The position numbers were made by a program, and so were the translations under genes. Positions 1-10,400 of a stretch of 64,000 nucleotides of DNA are shown in pieces. Origin of the DNA: Camelus dromedarius (taxonomy: Eukaryota); assembly GCF_036321535.1 (NCBI RefSeq), contig NC_087447.1:8556001-8620000 (forward strand), written 5' to 3'. The notes under the pieces are model-generated. The model saw only the letters and a list, made by a program, of their open reading frames with translations. It had not been told where the DNA came from and did not search any database. Position 1 is the stretch's first letter, and each line of letters opens with the position of its first letter.

Positions 1-316
1 GTAGTCATTCAAAGGGGGCCATAATGATATTTTAAAAAATGCAGTTTATCCTTGGGAGAAACATTGTTTCTGTTAATTCTGCAGATTTTCACTCCCAGTT
101 GGTGCTAATTTTTACCATCAGCAAACCTTTCAATGTGAGGAAGTAAGACATTCTTACCTCCACCTTCCAAAACAGAGATGTTTTAAGATCATCGGTTTCA
201 TTTTCTCTGATTTCTTTTTGTCTTTTTATACTTGACGTTGAAGACATGCACCTCGTTAGCAATTTGAATCGTCCCTGAAATGGGCTTTATTTTCTTGTTT
301 AAAAAAAAAGTCATGC

Positions 317-360
317 TTTGGAGCAGGGAGACGGACTAGGACCGGCTGGACCCAGCATCG
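317..360 (+). pseudogene. Degenerate U2 snRNA-like fragment
   Basis: 317-341 TTTGGAGCAGGGAGACGGACTAGGA matches U2 nt ~102-126 (TTTGGAGCAGGGAGATGGAATAGGA) at 23/25. GCATCG at 355-360 echoes U2 CACGCATCG. The Sm site is degenerate and the 5' half is not recognisable. Confidence 0.45.
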
Positions 361-499
361 CGGTTCAGTTAGGATGTGTTTCACTCCAATTCTAAAATGA
401 TCAAGCTATTGTTCAGATCTCTACAAATAATCTCCACATTTCGTTTCTGTAAAAGCAAAACCAGATGGTCCCGGCAGGGAATTTTTACTTTTCCGGTTT

Positions 500-603
500 T
501 TTAAACTCCCAGCAATAGCGTTATTCCGGATTGGACTCGGCGCGCGCCGGTGACGTAGACGCTGCGCCGGAAGTGCGAGCGGCGAGAGCTCCCGAGCTCC
601 GTT
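500..603 (+). promoter_or_regulatory. WDR74 CpG-island promoter/5'UTR
   Basis: CpG-rich, with half-CRE GTGACGTA (~550) and ETS CCGGAAGT (~567) just upstream of the ATG at 604. Confidence 0.7.
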
Positions 604-3600
604 ATGGCGGCTACGGCGGCACGCTGGAACCATGTGTGGGTCGGCACCGACACCGGCATCCTGAAAGGTGGGTGGCGGGGCTGGGCATCGGGGACTGCGG
701 GGGTCGCCCGCTCCCACCCCAGCGAGACTGACGTCTGCGTCCCACAGGGGTGAACCTTCAGCGCAAACAGGCGGCGAACTTCATGGCTTCAGGACAGCCG
801 CGGCGCGAGGAGGCAGTGAGCGCGCTGTGCTGGAGCGCGGGCGGCGAGACTCAGGTGAGCGGCCGCTGCCTGGGCCGGAGCTGGGGGGTTGGGGCGCGGC
901 AGCCTCGTTCTCCTCACCATCCTGCCCTCCTCTGCCTGCAGATCCTGGTGGGCTGTGCCGATGGGACAGTGAAGCACTTCAGCACCGAGGAGGGCAGGTT
1001 CCAGGGCCAGAGGCACTGCCCTGGAGGGGAGGGCACGTTCCGAGGCCTCGCCCAGGTCGACGGGTAAGACCGAGCCCCTTGTTTGCCGAACACTCAGGTC
1101 CTAGGGAGAGCATTGAGGCTCCCACGGGACGGCCGGATAACGGCAATCAACCGTTAGGTGACACGGGCCTAGTCTGGGTGACAGGGACCTTTGTTCTGCT
1201 TTTGTTAGTTCATCCCTATAATAAGCATTTATTAAACACCTGCTGAGTTATAGGCCTTAGGCGAAATGCAAGGGCTGCAGGTAAACCAGACACAGTACCT
1301 GCCTTCATAGAGTTTGCGTTCTCGAGGGTTTTTCTTTTGGCTCCATAACCTTTTGGGTGACCCTAAGCAAGTCATTTAATAGTTTCAAGTATGTTTTTAA
1401 ATGGAGCCTAACAACTACCAACGAGGTGGTGAACCTCTAAAGTAGAAGATGGGAAAGTGCTGGGTTATAGGCTTAGCTTTTTTTCGAAGGTGGAGAGAGG
1501 CTGGGAACAAGCTGTGTAGGTTTGGTGATGTTAATTCTGACAGGTGAGATCTAGAAGGCACTGTGGGAGTGAGACATTTGAACTGGGCCTTGAAGGATGG
1601 GTAGCATTTTGGCAGATGGAGAAAGGGGTAAGGACATCCTATGAAGAAGCTACTGCCTGAGCAGAGGTCAAGCATTGGTGCCGGGCTAGAGGGTACATCA
1701 TGAGCAAGATAAATAGCACTTGGGGGTTGAAACTGAGGAAGCACTTTATTTTTCACTTTTTTTTTTTTCACTTTTTGTTAATGTTTTTTTTAAATGGAGG
1801 TACTGGGGATTGAACCCAGGACCTCATGCATGCTAAGCATGCACTGTACCACTGAGCTATAGCCACCCCCCTGGAAGATAAAGGGCTTTAAGTGCTCAGC
1901 TGAGATTTGCATTTTGTAGGTGGTGGGGAGTTACTGATTTTTGAGCAGGAAATGCTATGGTCAGAGCTGTGAGCCTGCAGAAACATGTAGGATGGATTGG
2001 AGAGGGAGCAGCTGGGAGATTGTTTCCACAGCCCAGGCAAGCCCAGAGCCTGAACCAAGGTGAGGAGGGTGTGCAGATATGAGAAAGAGCCTAGGCTTGG
2101 GCTGTGCTGATCCTGGAGAGAGACTTGCTTGGGCTTCATGGGAAGCATTATTTCAAGGAGAGGTTGACATTTAGCATCTGAAACCTGGAACAGGGAACTT
2201 GAGAGAAGAAACTGGTGGTTGACTTTGGCCAGACACTAAATCCAGAGCAGTCCCACTTCAGTCCTTTCAGAGCTACCGATCCTGACCCCTGGAAATGGAC
2301 TCACTATTCAGAAATACCAGCAGGGCCTGGTGCCCCAGAGGTAGCTATGAAATAGCAAATGCTCTCTGCTTTGGAGTGTCACAGACTTTGATTTCCATCT
2401 CTGGTTCTGACATTTAGAGCTGAATGGTGAATCTTTTAATTTCTCAGAGCTTCAGCTTATTCACCTATAAGACTGATAAACCCTCATCCTGTTGAGGAAA
2501 TTAAACAACAGTCATCAACCCTGCCTGGCCCCGAGTTACCTAGAGGCTTCCTTGGGAACAGGGCTGCTAGGAGGGAGTCTCGTTCATGTGAATTTGGCAG
2601 TGGGTCATCTGGAGCCAGGGAACACTTTTATGCCTTTTTTTTTTTTTTTCTCCTTTAAAAAACCTAACTCTCTCTTCCCTTTGCCTGCAGAACCCTCATC
2701 ACTTGTGTGGATTCCGGGATTCTTCGAGTCTGGCAGGACAATGACAAGGAGGCATCCCCTGACCCAGTGAAGTTCCCCTGTCCTGATCCTGATGGGTGGG
2801 GAAGGTGGGACCCAGGGTAGGAACCAAATGAAGGCTTTGGGAGAGCAGGATTGATGACTCTGGAACTGACTCACATCTCCCCTCTCATCTCCCTTTTCAG
2901 CTCCTGGAACTCAGGGTGGGCCCTGGGGTGTGTAGGATGCGCCAAGACCCAGCACGCCCCAACATAGTTGCCACGGGTGGGAAGGAGAATGCTTTGAAGG
3001 TGTGGGACCTACAAGGGTCAGAGGAGCCTGTGTTCAGAGCCAAGAATGTGAGTGACAATAGGTGGGGAGGGGCTGTGTCTGAGGCCAAGGGAGGCTGAGA
3101 CCACTGACTATGAGTCAGAGTCCTGTGGCTTTAGAGGATAAGACAGTTGGTGGAAGGAAGGGGCCTGCTGAGCCCCTCACAGCCCTGTCCCCCTTCCACC
3201 TGCCCCACCAGGTACGGAATGATTGGCTCGACCTGCGGGTTCCCATCTGGGACCAGGACATACAGTTCCTCCCTGAGTCACAGAAGCTCGTCACCTGTAC
3301 AGGGTACCACCAGGTGAGGCACCACCCCACCCTATCTCTTTCTGGGCTTAAGCAGCCTCCTGGAGAAACAGCCTTGCTGTGCAGTCTCAGTCCCCACCAT
3401 TCAGCATAGCCGCCCTCATCATCTTTCCATCCCTAATCTCCTAGAAACGGGACCACTTCCCCTGTGTGTCCCAACCCAATGGCTGAGCCAGTGACCTCCT
3501 ACTGCATTCTAGGATGGACTTTCCTGAACTGTGATTCTTCTTTTTCCCCTCCCACCTAGAAGAGAGGATAGTAGGGAGTGTCTCCTTCATAGTAGAATCT

Positions 3601-5613
3601 CATGGAGCAGGTGTCAAGAGAATTGGGTTCTAGTCTTGATGCAGCCTCTGATTTGCTTTGGGACCCAAGCCTGATCCTCTGCTCTCTGGCCTCAGCTCCT
3701 CAGCTTTGAACCCAGGCAGTCTTTATGGGAAAGGCCCGACTCAGGATCTTTTAAGCTGGTCTCATTTGAAGTCCTAAGACTGAGGCAGGACAGGGTCACT
3801 GTATTTACTGTTTCCTTTGCTCCTATATACTGAAGTTTGATCTTGATGATATACCTCTGCTCAGAACACACATGAAGGCTTCCTCTCTCCTCCCTTGTTC
3901 AAGCTTAACTTCTCTGCTTAAAATTCAGCTTCTCTGACAATTGGACTGACTTGCTTTCCCACCCTAAGAGGGGAATATGGATGGATGGAATGCTCACACA
4001 TGCAGACCATGGGAATGCTGCCAGCCCCCAACCTGAGGGACCGCTCCCCTCAGCCCTGTTCATTCATGCTCCTAAGCAGCTCTGCTGTACACCCCCAACA
4101 CTCAAAGAGGGGTGCATTTCAAATGAGAAAGTTTCTCTAAGAGTGGGTTGTAAACAAGAGAGCAGTGTATGAAGGAGGGGGTGAAGATGTGGAGGAGCCA
4201 GAGGGGGTGTGTGGAGTGAGGGTACTATTGTGATGCTTCAGTCTTCCTCCAGGTTCGTGTCTATGATCCAGCCTCCCCCCAGCGCAGGCCAGTCCTCGAG
4301 GCCACCTATGGAGAGTACCCACTGACAGCCATGACCCTCACTCCTGGGGGCAAGTGAGTGTTTAGAAGGCAAAATGGGGCTTGGGAAGGACTTCAAGGGG
4401 CTCCTGCTGATCTCATCTGCCTCTGGTCTCCTCCTTAGCTCCGTGATTGTAGGGAACACTCATGGGCAGCTGGCAGAAATTGACCTTCGGCAAGGTGTGT
4501 GGTCTAGGGTGCCTTGGGGGGGGCAGGCGGTGGTGGGGAAGGGGTGGGGAGGAAGGGCAGGATTCCCTTTGAGGTAGTACAGTGCAGTGGTTGAGGCCAC
4601 TTTCAGGTACCAGATTGCCTGGGTTCAAATCCTGGTTCTTCCAGAAGCTATATGACCTTTGACAAATTACTTTGTCAATTTCCTGTGCCTTAGTTCCTTC
4701 ACCTATAAAATGGAGATAATGGTAACTGCCACCTCAGCGTTATGTTAAACTTAAATATTGAAACAAAGTGATTTGACAGTAAACATCCAATAAATGGTTG
4801 TTAGCTGGCGAGCTGGCACTGATGCCTACCCCTTTCCCCAGGGCGCCTACTGGGCTGTCTGAAGGGGCTGGCAGGCAGTGTCCGAGGGTTGCAGTGTCAC
4901 CCTTCAAAGCCCCTACTAGCCTCCTGTGGCTTGGACAGAGTCTTGAGGGTACACAGGATCCGGAATCCACGGGGCCTGGAGCATAAGGTGAGAGCCTGCT
5001 GCCTCCTTTGCCCTTCTGTTCGTTTCTATTTCAGCAGGCGTGGCTCCTTAAGGCTCTTCATCTTTTGCAGGTTTATCTCAAATCTCAACTAAACTGCCTC
5101 CTCCTGTCAGGGAGGGATAACTGGGAGGTAAGCAGTTGGGTCTGGGAACGTGGCGGCTAAGGGCACAGGTGTGGAGTTCCCTGTGAAGAGGAAAGGGAAG
5201 CAGCTGGCTCAGACCTGGGATTGTCCATCCACCTGCCAAGTTACTTAATTTTTCAGAGGGGTGTTAATATATTGTTGACAGGGTTACTGCCAAGGGTGAC
5301 ACGGGAGCATGGATAGGAATGGTTTCCAGCAGCAGGAAATAAAAAGGGTGGTACCTGGATTACTCCCCTTCCTGTGGGTCTGTTATTATGCTCCTGACTC
5401 CTAAGCTCTTCTCCCACTCACCAGGATGAACCCCAAGAGCCTCAAGAGCCCAAGAAGATACCTTCAGAAGACACAGAGACAGATGAACTTTGGGCTTCCT
5501 TGGAGGCAGCTGCCAAGCGGAAGTTCCTGACCTCATCTGATTTGGAGCAGACCCAAGACGCTCTCCAAACCAGACGGAGAAAGAGGAAGCGGCCTGGGTC
5601 CACCAACTCCTGA
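604..5613 (+). CDS. WDR74: WD repeat-containing protein 74 (Nsa1 homolog, 60S biogenesis), 388 aa, 11 exons
   Basis: Exons 604-667, 748-854, 942-1063, 2691-2766, 2901-3047, 3212-3313, 4253-4353, 4439-4494, 4842-4987, 5071-5127, 5425-5613. All introns GT-AG; 1167 nt in frame. Starts MAATAARWNHVWVGTDTGILKGVNLQRKQAANF, ends RRRKRKRPGSTNS*. Confidence 0.97.
1780..1870 (-). mobile_element. tRNA-derived SINE (camelid Vic-1-like)
   Basis: Reverse complement of GGGGGTGGCTATAGCTCAGTGGTACAGTGCATGCTTAGCATGCATGAGGTCCTGGGTTCAATCCCCAGTACCTCC plus A-rich tail. Pol III A and B boxes are visible. Confidence 0.9.
4585..4805 (+). mobile_element. MIR SINE relic
   Basis: MIR-like core: CTGGGTTCAAATCCTGG...TGACCTTTGACAAATTAC...CCTATAAAATGGAGATAATG. 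Confidence 0.7.
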
Positions 5614-5638
5614 AGAGCTTGTGCTCACTTTATTTGTA

Positions 5639-5644
5639 AATAAA
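5639..5644 (+). terminator. WDR74 polyadenylation signal
   Basis: AATAAA 25 nt after the WDR74 stop codon. Confidence 0.8.
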
Positions 5645-5735
5645 CACCATAATACGCACCATGACCCTGAGCCTTCTGTGATGGGAGAAAGGAAAGAGGG
5701 GTCGCTACTCCCAGAGCTGGGGTGGCGGGAGTATT

Positions 5736-5743
5736 TGACGTCA
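5736..5743. promoter_or_regulatory. Palindromic CRE (TGACGTCA) upstream of TEX54
   Basis: Perfect CRE 64 nt upstream of the TEX54 ATG. Full CREs are typical of CREM-driven spermatid genes; function here is inferred. Confidence 0.55.
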
Positions 5744-5806
5744 CAAAAGCAAGACCGGGAGCCGGGGAGCTGGCGTGGGTGGCGGAGTGCGGGGCTGCGC
5801 GGGGCC

Positions 5807-6216
5807 ATGGGTTGCTGCCAAGACAAGGACTTTAAGACTTCGGAAGAGCAGACCAAGGAGGCCGGGTCAGACGAAGCCGAGGAAGGTGGGACCAGAGACA
5901 CAAAGGGGGCCCAGGGAGCCGGGAGTTGGGGCTAACCCGATAGGACCACCCGGAGGTTGGACTGGGCAGGGTAGAGCTCAGCAGCCTCATCATCCTCGCA
6001 GGCACCGAAGGGGTCGATGCGGACTCAGAGAACCAACGGAATCGCAGGTCGAACGAAAGCCTTCTGATCACAGTGCTATGGCGGCGGCTATCCATTTTCA
6101 GCCGTCGGGGCTCCTCGCGGTCAAACAAGAGGCAATCAGGCCAGTGTCAAAAGCAGGCGGGTGTGTTCCAAGAGTGCAAGCGGAAGGGGATCCTGAAGGA
6201 GCCGGAGAAGGGGTGA
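5807..6216 (+). CDS. TEX54: Testis-expressed protein 54, predicted two-exon form of 97 aa
   Basis: Exon 1 5807-5885 (MGCCQDKDFKTSEEQTKEAGSDEAEE), intron 5886-6001 (GT...CCTCATCATCCTCGCAG), exon 2 6002-6216 (TEGVDADSENQRNRRSNESLLITVLWRRLSIFSRRGSSR...EPEKG*). MGCCQDKDF, SNESLLITVLWRRLS and EPEKG match TEX54 as recalled. The unspliced frame stops at 5933-5935. Confidence 0.8.
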
Positions 6217-6253
6217 CACTAGTCCTGCTCTCAGTCAGTCCCAGCCTCCAGAG

Positions 6254-6259
6254 AATAAA
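6254..6259 (+). terminator. TEX54 polyadenylation signal
   Basis: AATAAA 37 nt after the TEX54 stop. Confidence 0.75.
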
Positions 6260-6499
6260 GTTTCTAACGTATACCTGCCTGAGAGCTTGTGCTTCCGCTG
6301 CCCGATTTGGATGCACAGGTTGCAGGACCCGCCAGGGCTGCGGGCTCTTTAAGGTTCCTCCCCCGGGGCTGCCCCAGGCCCCTGGGCCCGACTCTCGTTC
6401 CTCGGGGGCGGGGTCACGGGGGCGGCCTAGCCAACAGGAGAAAGGAGTTTCTCCTATATTAGGGTGGGGGACGTGCCTCTCGGGTCGCCGGGCTCGAAA

Positions 6500-6660
6500 A
6501 GGCGTGGCACCGCCCTCTCGTCACCGGGGGTGGGGTTACGTGTGGGTGACGTGGCGGCTTCTAGGCTTTGGTCGGGTTTCGGCGGCTTCCGCGCCCGGGG
6601 AGGAGGCGGTGACGACCCGAGAGATTGTGGCAGTGGCGGCAGCAGGCGGCAGAGAGGAGG
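6500..6660 (+). promoter_or_regulatory. STX5: STX5 promoter and non-coding exon 1
   Basis: CpG island with TGACGTGG (UPRE/CRE-like, 6547-6554). The exon ends at donor GAGGAG|GTAGGG (6660/6661). The TSS is approximate. Confidence 0.65.
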
Positions 6661-7291
6661 TAGGGCTCGCTCTAAGAGGGGTCTGACCGCCGTGTCTGCT
6701 CTGGGCTGCTCTTTCCGGGGACGGCCCCGGGCAGGGGGAAGGGAACCAGGGACACGGGAGCAAGTCCTGTCGGCCCGGCTCGGAGTGAGCGAATACTTCG
6801 TAGTCCAATCAGGAAAGCCCCTGTTGAGAAAGACGTCGGCGTTAGCTTATCAGTGGTTGCCGTCCTCCAGAAGGTGGGACTTGGGCGGGGTGGGACTTCC
6901 TGCTTCAAATAAACACCTAGAAATTCCCCCCTCCGCCCACCGAAGTGTGTCCCTCTCTGGAGGTCTGTCTCCGTTTCTCCCTGACGAGTCGCAGGAAGCC
7001 GTGAATACGAGAGGGCCCATTTAGGGCCTGGGGCAGTTGCACTGGCCGGGCTAGAGCCTCGGAGCCACGGGACCTGTACTGGTCTTGCCTCTGCTCCAGG
7101 GCCCAAGCCCGCGCTCTGGCCACCAGAACCAAGTTGGAAGAAGAGTCGAGGAGGGGTACAGCTTGGGCCGGAGAGGAAGCGGGGCCGGAGAGGAAGCGGC
7201 CCCAGGACCTACGGGTGGCTTTGGGCGCGAAAGAACTTGCCAAGTGCAGAGGGGGCCCGAGGATCTGCTGGTTGAGGGGGGAGGGATTTGT

Positions 7292-7479
7292 NNNNNNNNN
7301 NNNNNNNNNNNNNNNNNNNNNNNNNNNNNNNNNNNNNNNNNNNNNNNNNNNNNNNNNNNNNNNNNNNNNNNNNNNNNNNNNNNNNNNNNNNNNNNNNNNN
7401 NNNNNNNNNNNNNNNNNNNNNNNNNNNNNNNNNNNNNNNNNNNNNNNNNNNNNNNNNNNNNNNNNNNNNNNNNNNNNNN
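7292..7479. other. N-run hiding the 5' part of STX5 exon 2
   Basis: 188 Ns; the STX5 frame resumes immediately after ([13 protein letters not shown]). Confidence 0.9.
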
Positions 7480-10400
7480 CCCCCGCCAGTGGCCCTGGTC
7501 CCTCCCCTTCCCGACACCATGTCCTGCCGGGATCGGACCCAGGAGTTCCTGTCTGCCTGCAAGTCCCTGCAGAGCCGTCAGGTAAGTACCTGGAGTGGGA
7601 AAGGCAGGAAAGAGCCTGACTGAAAACTGGGAGAGGCGGTGCTCCGGCAATGTTGATTGAAGTAATTCTTGGGGGAACCTGATGGAGAACTGATCCAGCT
7701 TGGAGGGGTGGTATCTACTAAGCAAGGGACAAAAGTTGGGCTAGCTGATCTGGTGGCAAAGATCTAGACTTTTTATCAGGAATCCCCTGAACATGGGTTG
7801 CTATTTTGGAAGGAATATCTCAGGGTGAGAGGCAATATATTTGATTTGGATAAGGAACAGATTCTAGAAAGAGCCTTAGCTCAGAGACAAGCACTTTGAA
7901 TTCTAGTTCTAGTATAATTCTGTGCTCTGTGACAACAGGGAAGTCAGTCTAGTTGGACTTCAGTTTTTACATCTGTAAAATAAAGGAAGCTTTCTAAATA
8001 AGTAATTTTTATCAAAATCACTTCGGAGTGATTTTTAAGAAAATTAGGTTTCTTTGTCTTGGTCCAGACTTTCTAAATCCAAGTGGAACCTGAATAACTG
8101 TAATTTTAAATATTTTTACTGCTCAGCTCTTGTTAACAACTGCTCTGCTATGTGATCTCCAAGAGCTTTCTGTTTATCTCTTCGATTCTCAAATTGGAGG
8201 AATAGAATAGTAATACTAGTTACCATTTATTTAGTGCTTACAGTGGACCTGGTATTTGGCTAAAATACATTACAGTCCTTGTGTTTTTTAATCTTAGCAA
8301 CAGCAATTGGAGGTGTGTGGATGGTCTTCATTTCATAGAAGAGGAAATAGAGATTCAGAATGGTTTAAGTAATGTGCCCCACACTCCCCATCTAATAAGG
8401 GGTAGCATCAAGATTTGAACCCAGGTTGGAGGGGGCGGGTTGGTATAGCTCAGTGGCAGAGCACATGCTTAGCATGCATGAGGTCCTGGGTTCAATCCTC
8501 AGTACTTCCATTAAAAAAAAAAAGGAAAAAAGATTTAAAAAAAATTTTAGAAAGATTTCAGCCCAGGTCTTCCTATCTGGACCATCTGGTGGAGGATGCC
8601 ACTAGTACTAGGGATGGAGTTTAGTGGACACCTGAAGAGCAGTGAAAGCTGGCAATGGGGAGGAAAGGCTAAAGTTTTACATCTTGACATTGTTTTCAGA
8701 ATGGAATCCAGACAAACAAGCCGGCTCTGCGTGCTGTCCGGCAACGCAGTGAATTCACCCTCATGGCCAAGTGAGTTGAGAGAGGTTATGTGGTGGGATG
8801 ACACAGTGTCTAAGGAGAAGTAGGCTTGCCTGTGGTGGCCTTGGCTGTGATGACTGGGTTGGTTGTGCCAGTGCTAATGTGGGAAAGGCCCTCTTCTTCC
8901 TTTTCCCACAGTGTTCTCACTACTGCTCATTTGCAGGCGCATTGGAAAAGACCTCAGCAACACATTTGCCAAGCTGGAGAAACTGACAATCTGTGAGTGG
9001 TCTTGGGGTCTTTCAGAGTTTGGGCAGTGAACCAAAGAGGGCTGAGGAACCGTACTCCCTGAACCTTATCTTCCCCCTCACCTATCACAGCTTCTTATAT
9101 GTCTCTGCAGTGGCAAAACGCAAATCCCTCTTTGATGATAAAGCAGTGGAAATCGAGGAGCTAACTTACATCATCAAACAGGTGAGTGACTAGCGACTGG
9201 GAGAGCCCAGCATTCCCATCAGATCACTTCCATCGTTTTCCCTTGCTGTGGAGTCACAGAGCAAGTTTCTAGAGCCAGCCCCAAGCATCCTGCTCATGCA
9301 TTGTCAGTAAACACTTACTGATCATCTTCTGTGTATAAAGCACTGTCCTGAGCACCTGCTGCAGTAACATTGTGAGGCAGGATTCCTGCCTTCAGGGGCT
9401 TAATTGTCTAGAAGAGGTATCCAGCCCCATAAACTCACACCTGCAGTGAACACTGAACAGGAAGTGAGTGGTCCAGAAAAGATCTTATAAAAAGATGAAT
9501 GAGACAATCTGGAAAAATTAGGAAAGATTTTATAGAGGAGCTGAAATCTGAGCTGGTTTCAAGGCTTGTGTTGAGGCAGTGGAAGAACATTCCAGACAGA
9601 GGAAACAGTGTGTGCAGAGGCATGTCTTATGAAAGGGAGAGTTCAAGTCTTTGCTTAGATGTCACCTGCTCAGGGAGTCCTGCCATCACCGTGCTCTGAT
9701 CTCTCATACCTTGCTTTCCTTTCTTTTTTATAGCATTCTGACATACATTCTAATATTCTCTATAATTAACTCATTTATGTTTATTGCTTATTTCCTCCCA
9801 CTTACCTCATCCTGCTCAAAAAAAAGGGGGGAAAAAGGGTAAATGCCACAAGAGCAGAGATTTTTCTTTCTGCTTGTTCATAGATGTATCCCAAATGCTT
9901 GTATAAGTGTCTGGCATATAGTAGGTAGCCAATATTTGTTGACTGAATGAGTGGTCGGCAGCAGATGCGGCTGGAAAGGTCAGTTGGTGGCTGGTTGTGA
10001 AGATCATTGTGGGGCTTGCTCAGGAGGGTGGAATCCCTCTGAATGTGTGGGCTGCAAAGACCTGGATTAGAACCTGGATTCCAATTCTGTCTGCAGGATA
10101 CTGGTAGAGTACAGTTCTAACAGTGTGATTCCTTTCTTCCCCAGAATCATGTAGTGAGAATAAAGTGAGAAATTGAATGACCCTGGGGGAAAAAAACCCA
10201 AGAGTGAGGACCAGCAGAGAGGCTAGGGAGGAAGCTTATGCGATTGTCCAGTATGAAGATGATTGTGGCAGAGGCCAAAGGACAGACACGTTCAAGAGTA
10301 GAAAAGAGAAGTTTCCATTAACTCTTGGGGCGTTAGTGCATAGGCACCTAAGGCCCACCTACTGGATTCCAAGAGACTTCAAATCCCAGGCCCGCCACTT

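Noticed and set aside
1780-1870. SINE heads as tRNA genes (also 8431, 12701, 15452, 47400, 48844)
   Set aside because: They have tRNA-like A/B boxes but are diverged, mostly carry A-rich or microsatellite tails, and occur as six dispersed copies. These are SINEs, not tRNAs.
5775-6686. 303-aa ORF spanning TEX54 and STX5 exon 1
   Set aside because: GTG start in a GC-rich CpG island; it crosses a polyA signal and a promoter, and its only recognisable peptide is the TEX54 intron remnant.
6843-6853. TAGCTTATCAG, identical to the first 11 nt of miR-21
   Set aside because: The match stops at 11 nt and there is no precursor hairpin context; consistent with chance.
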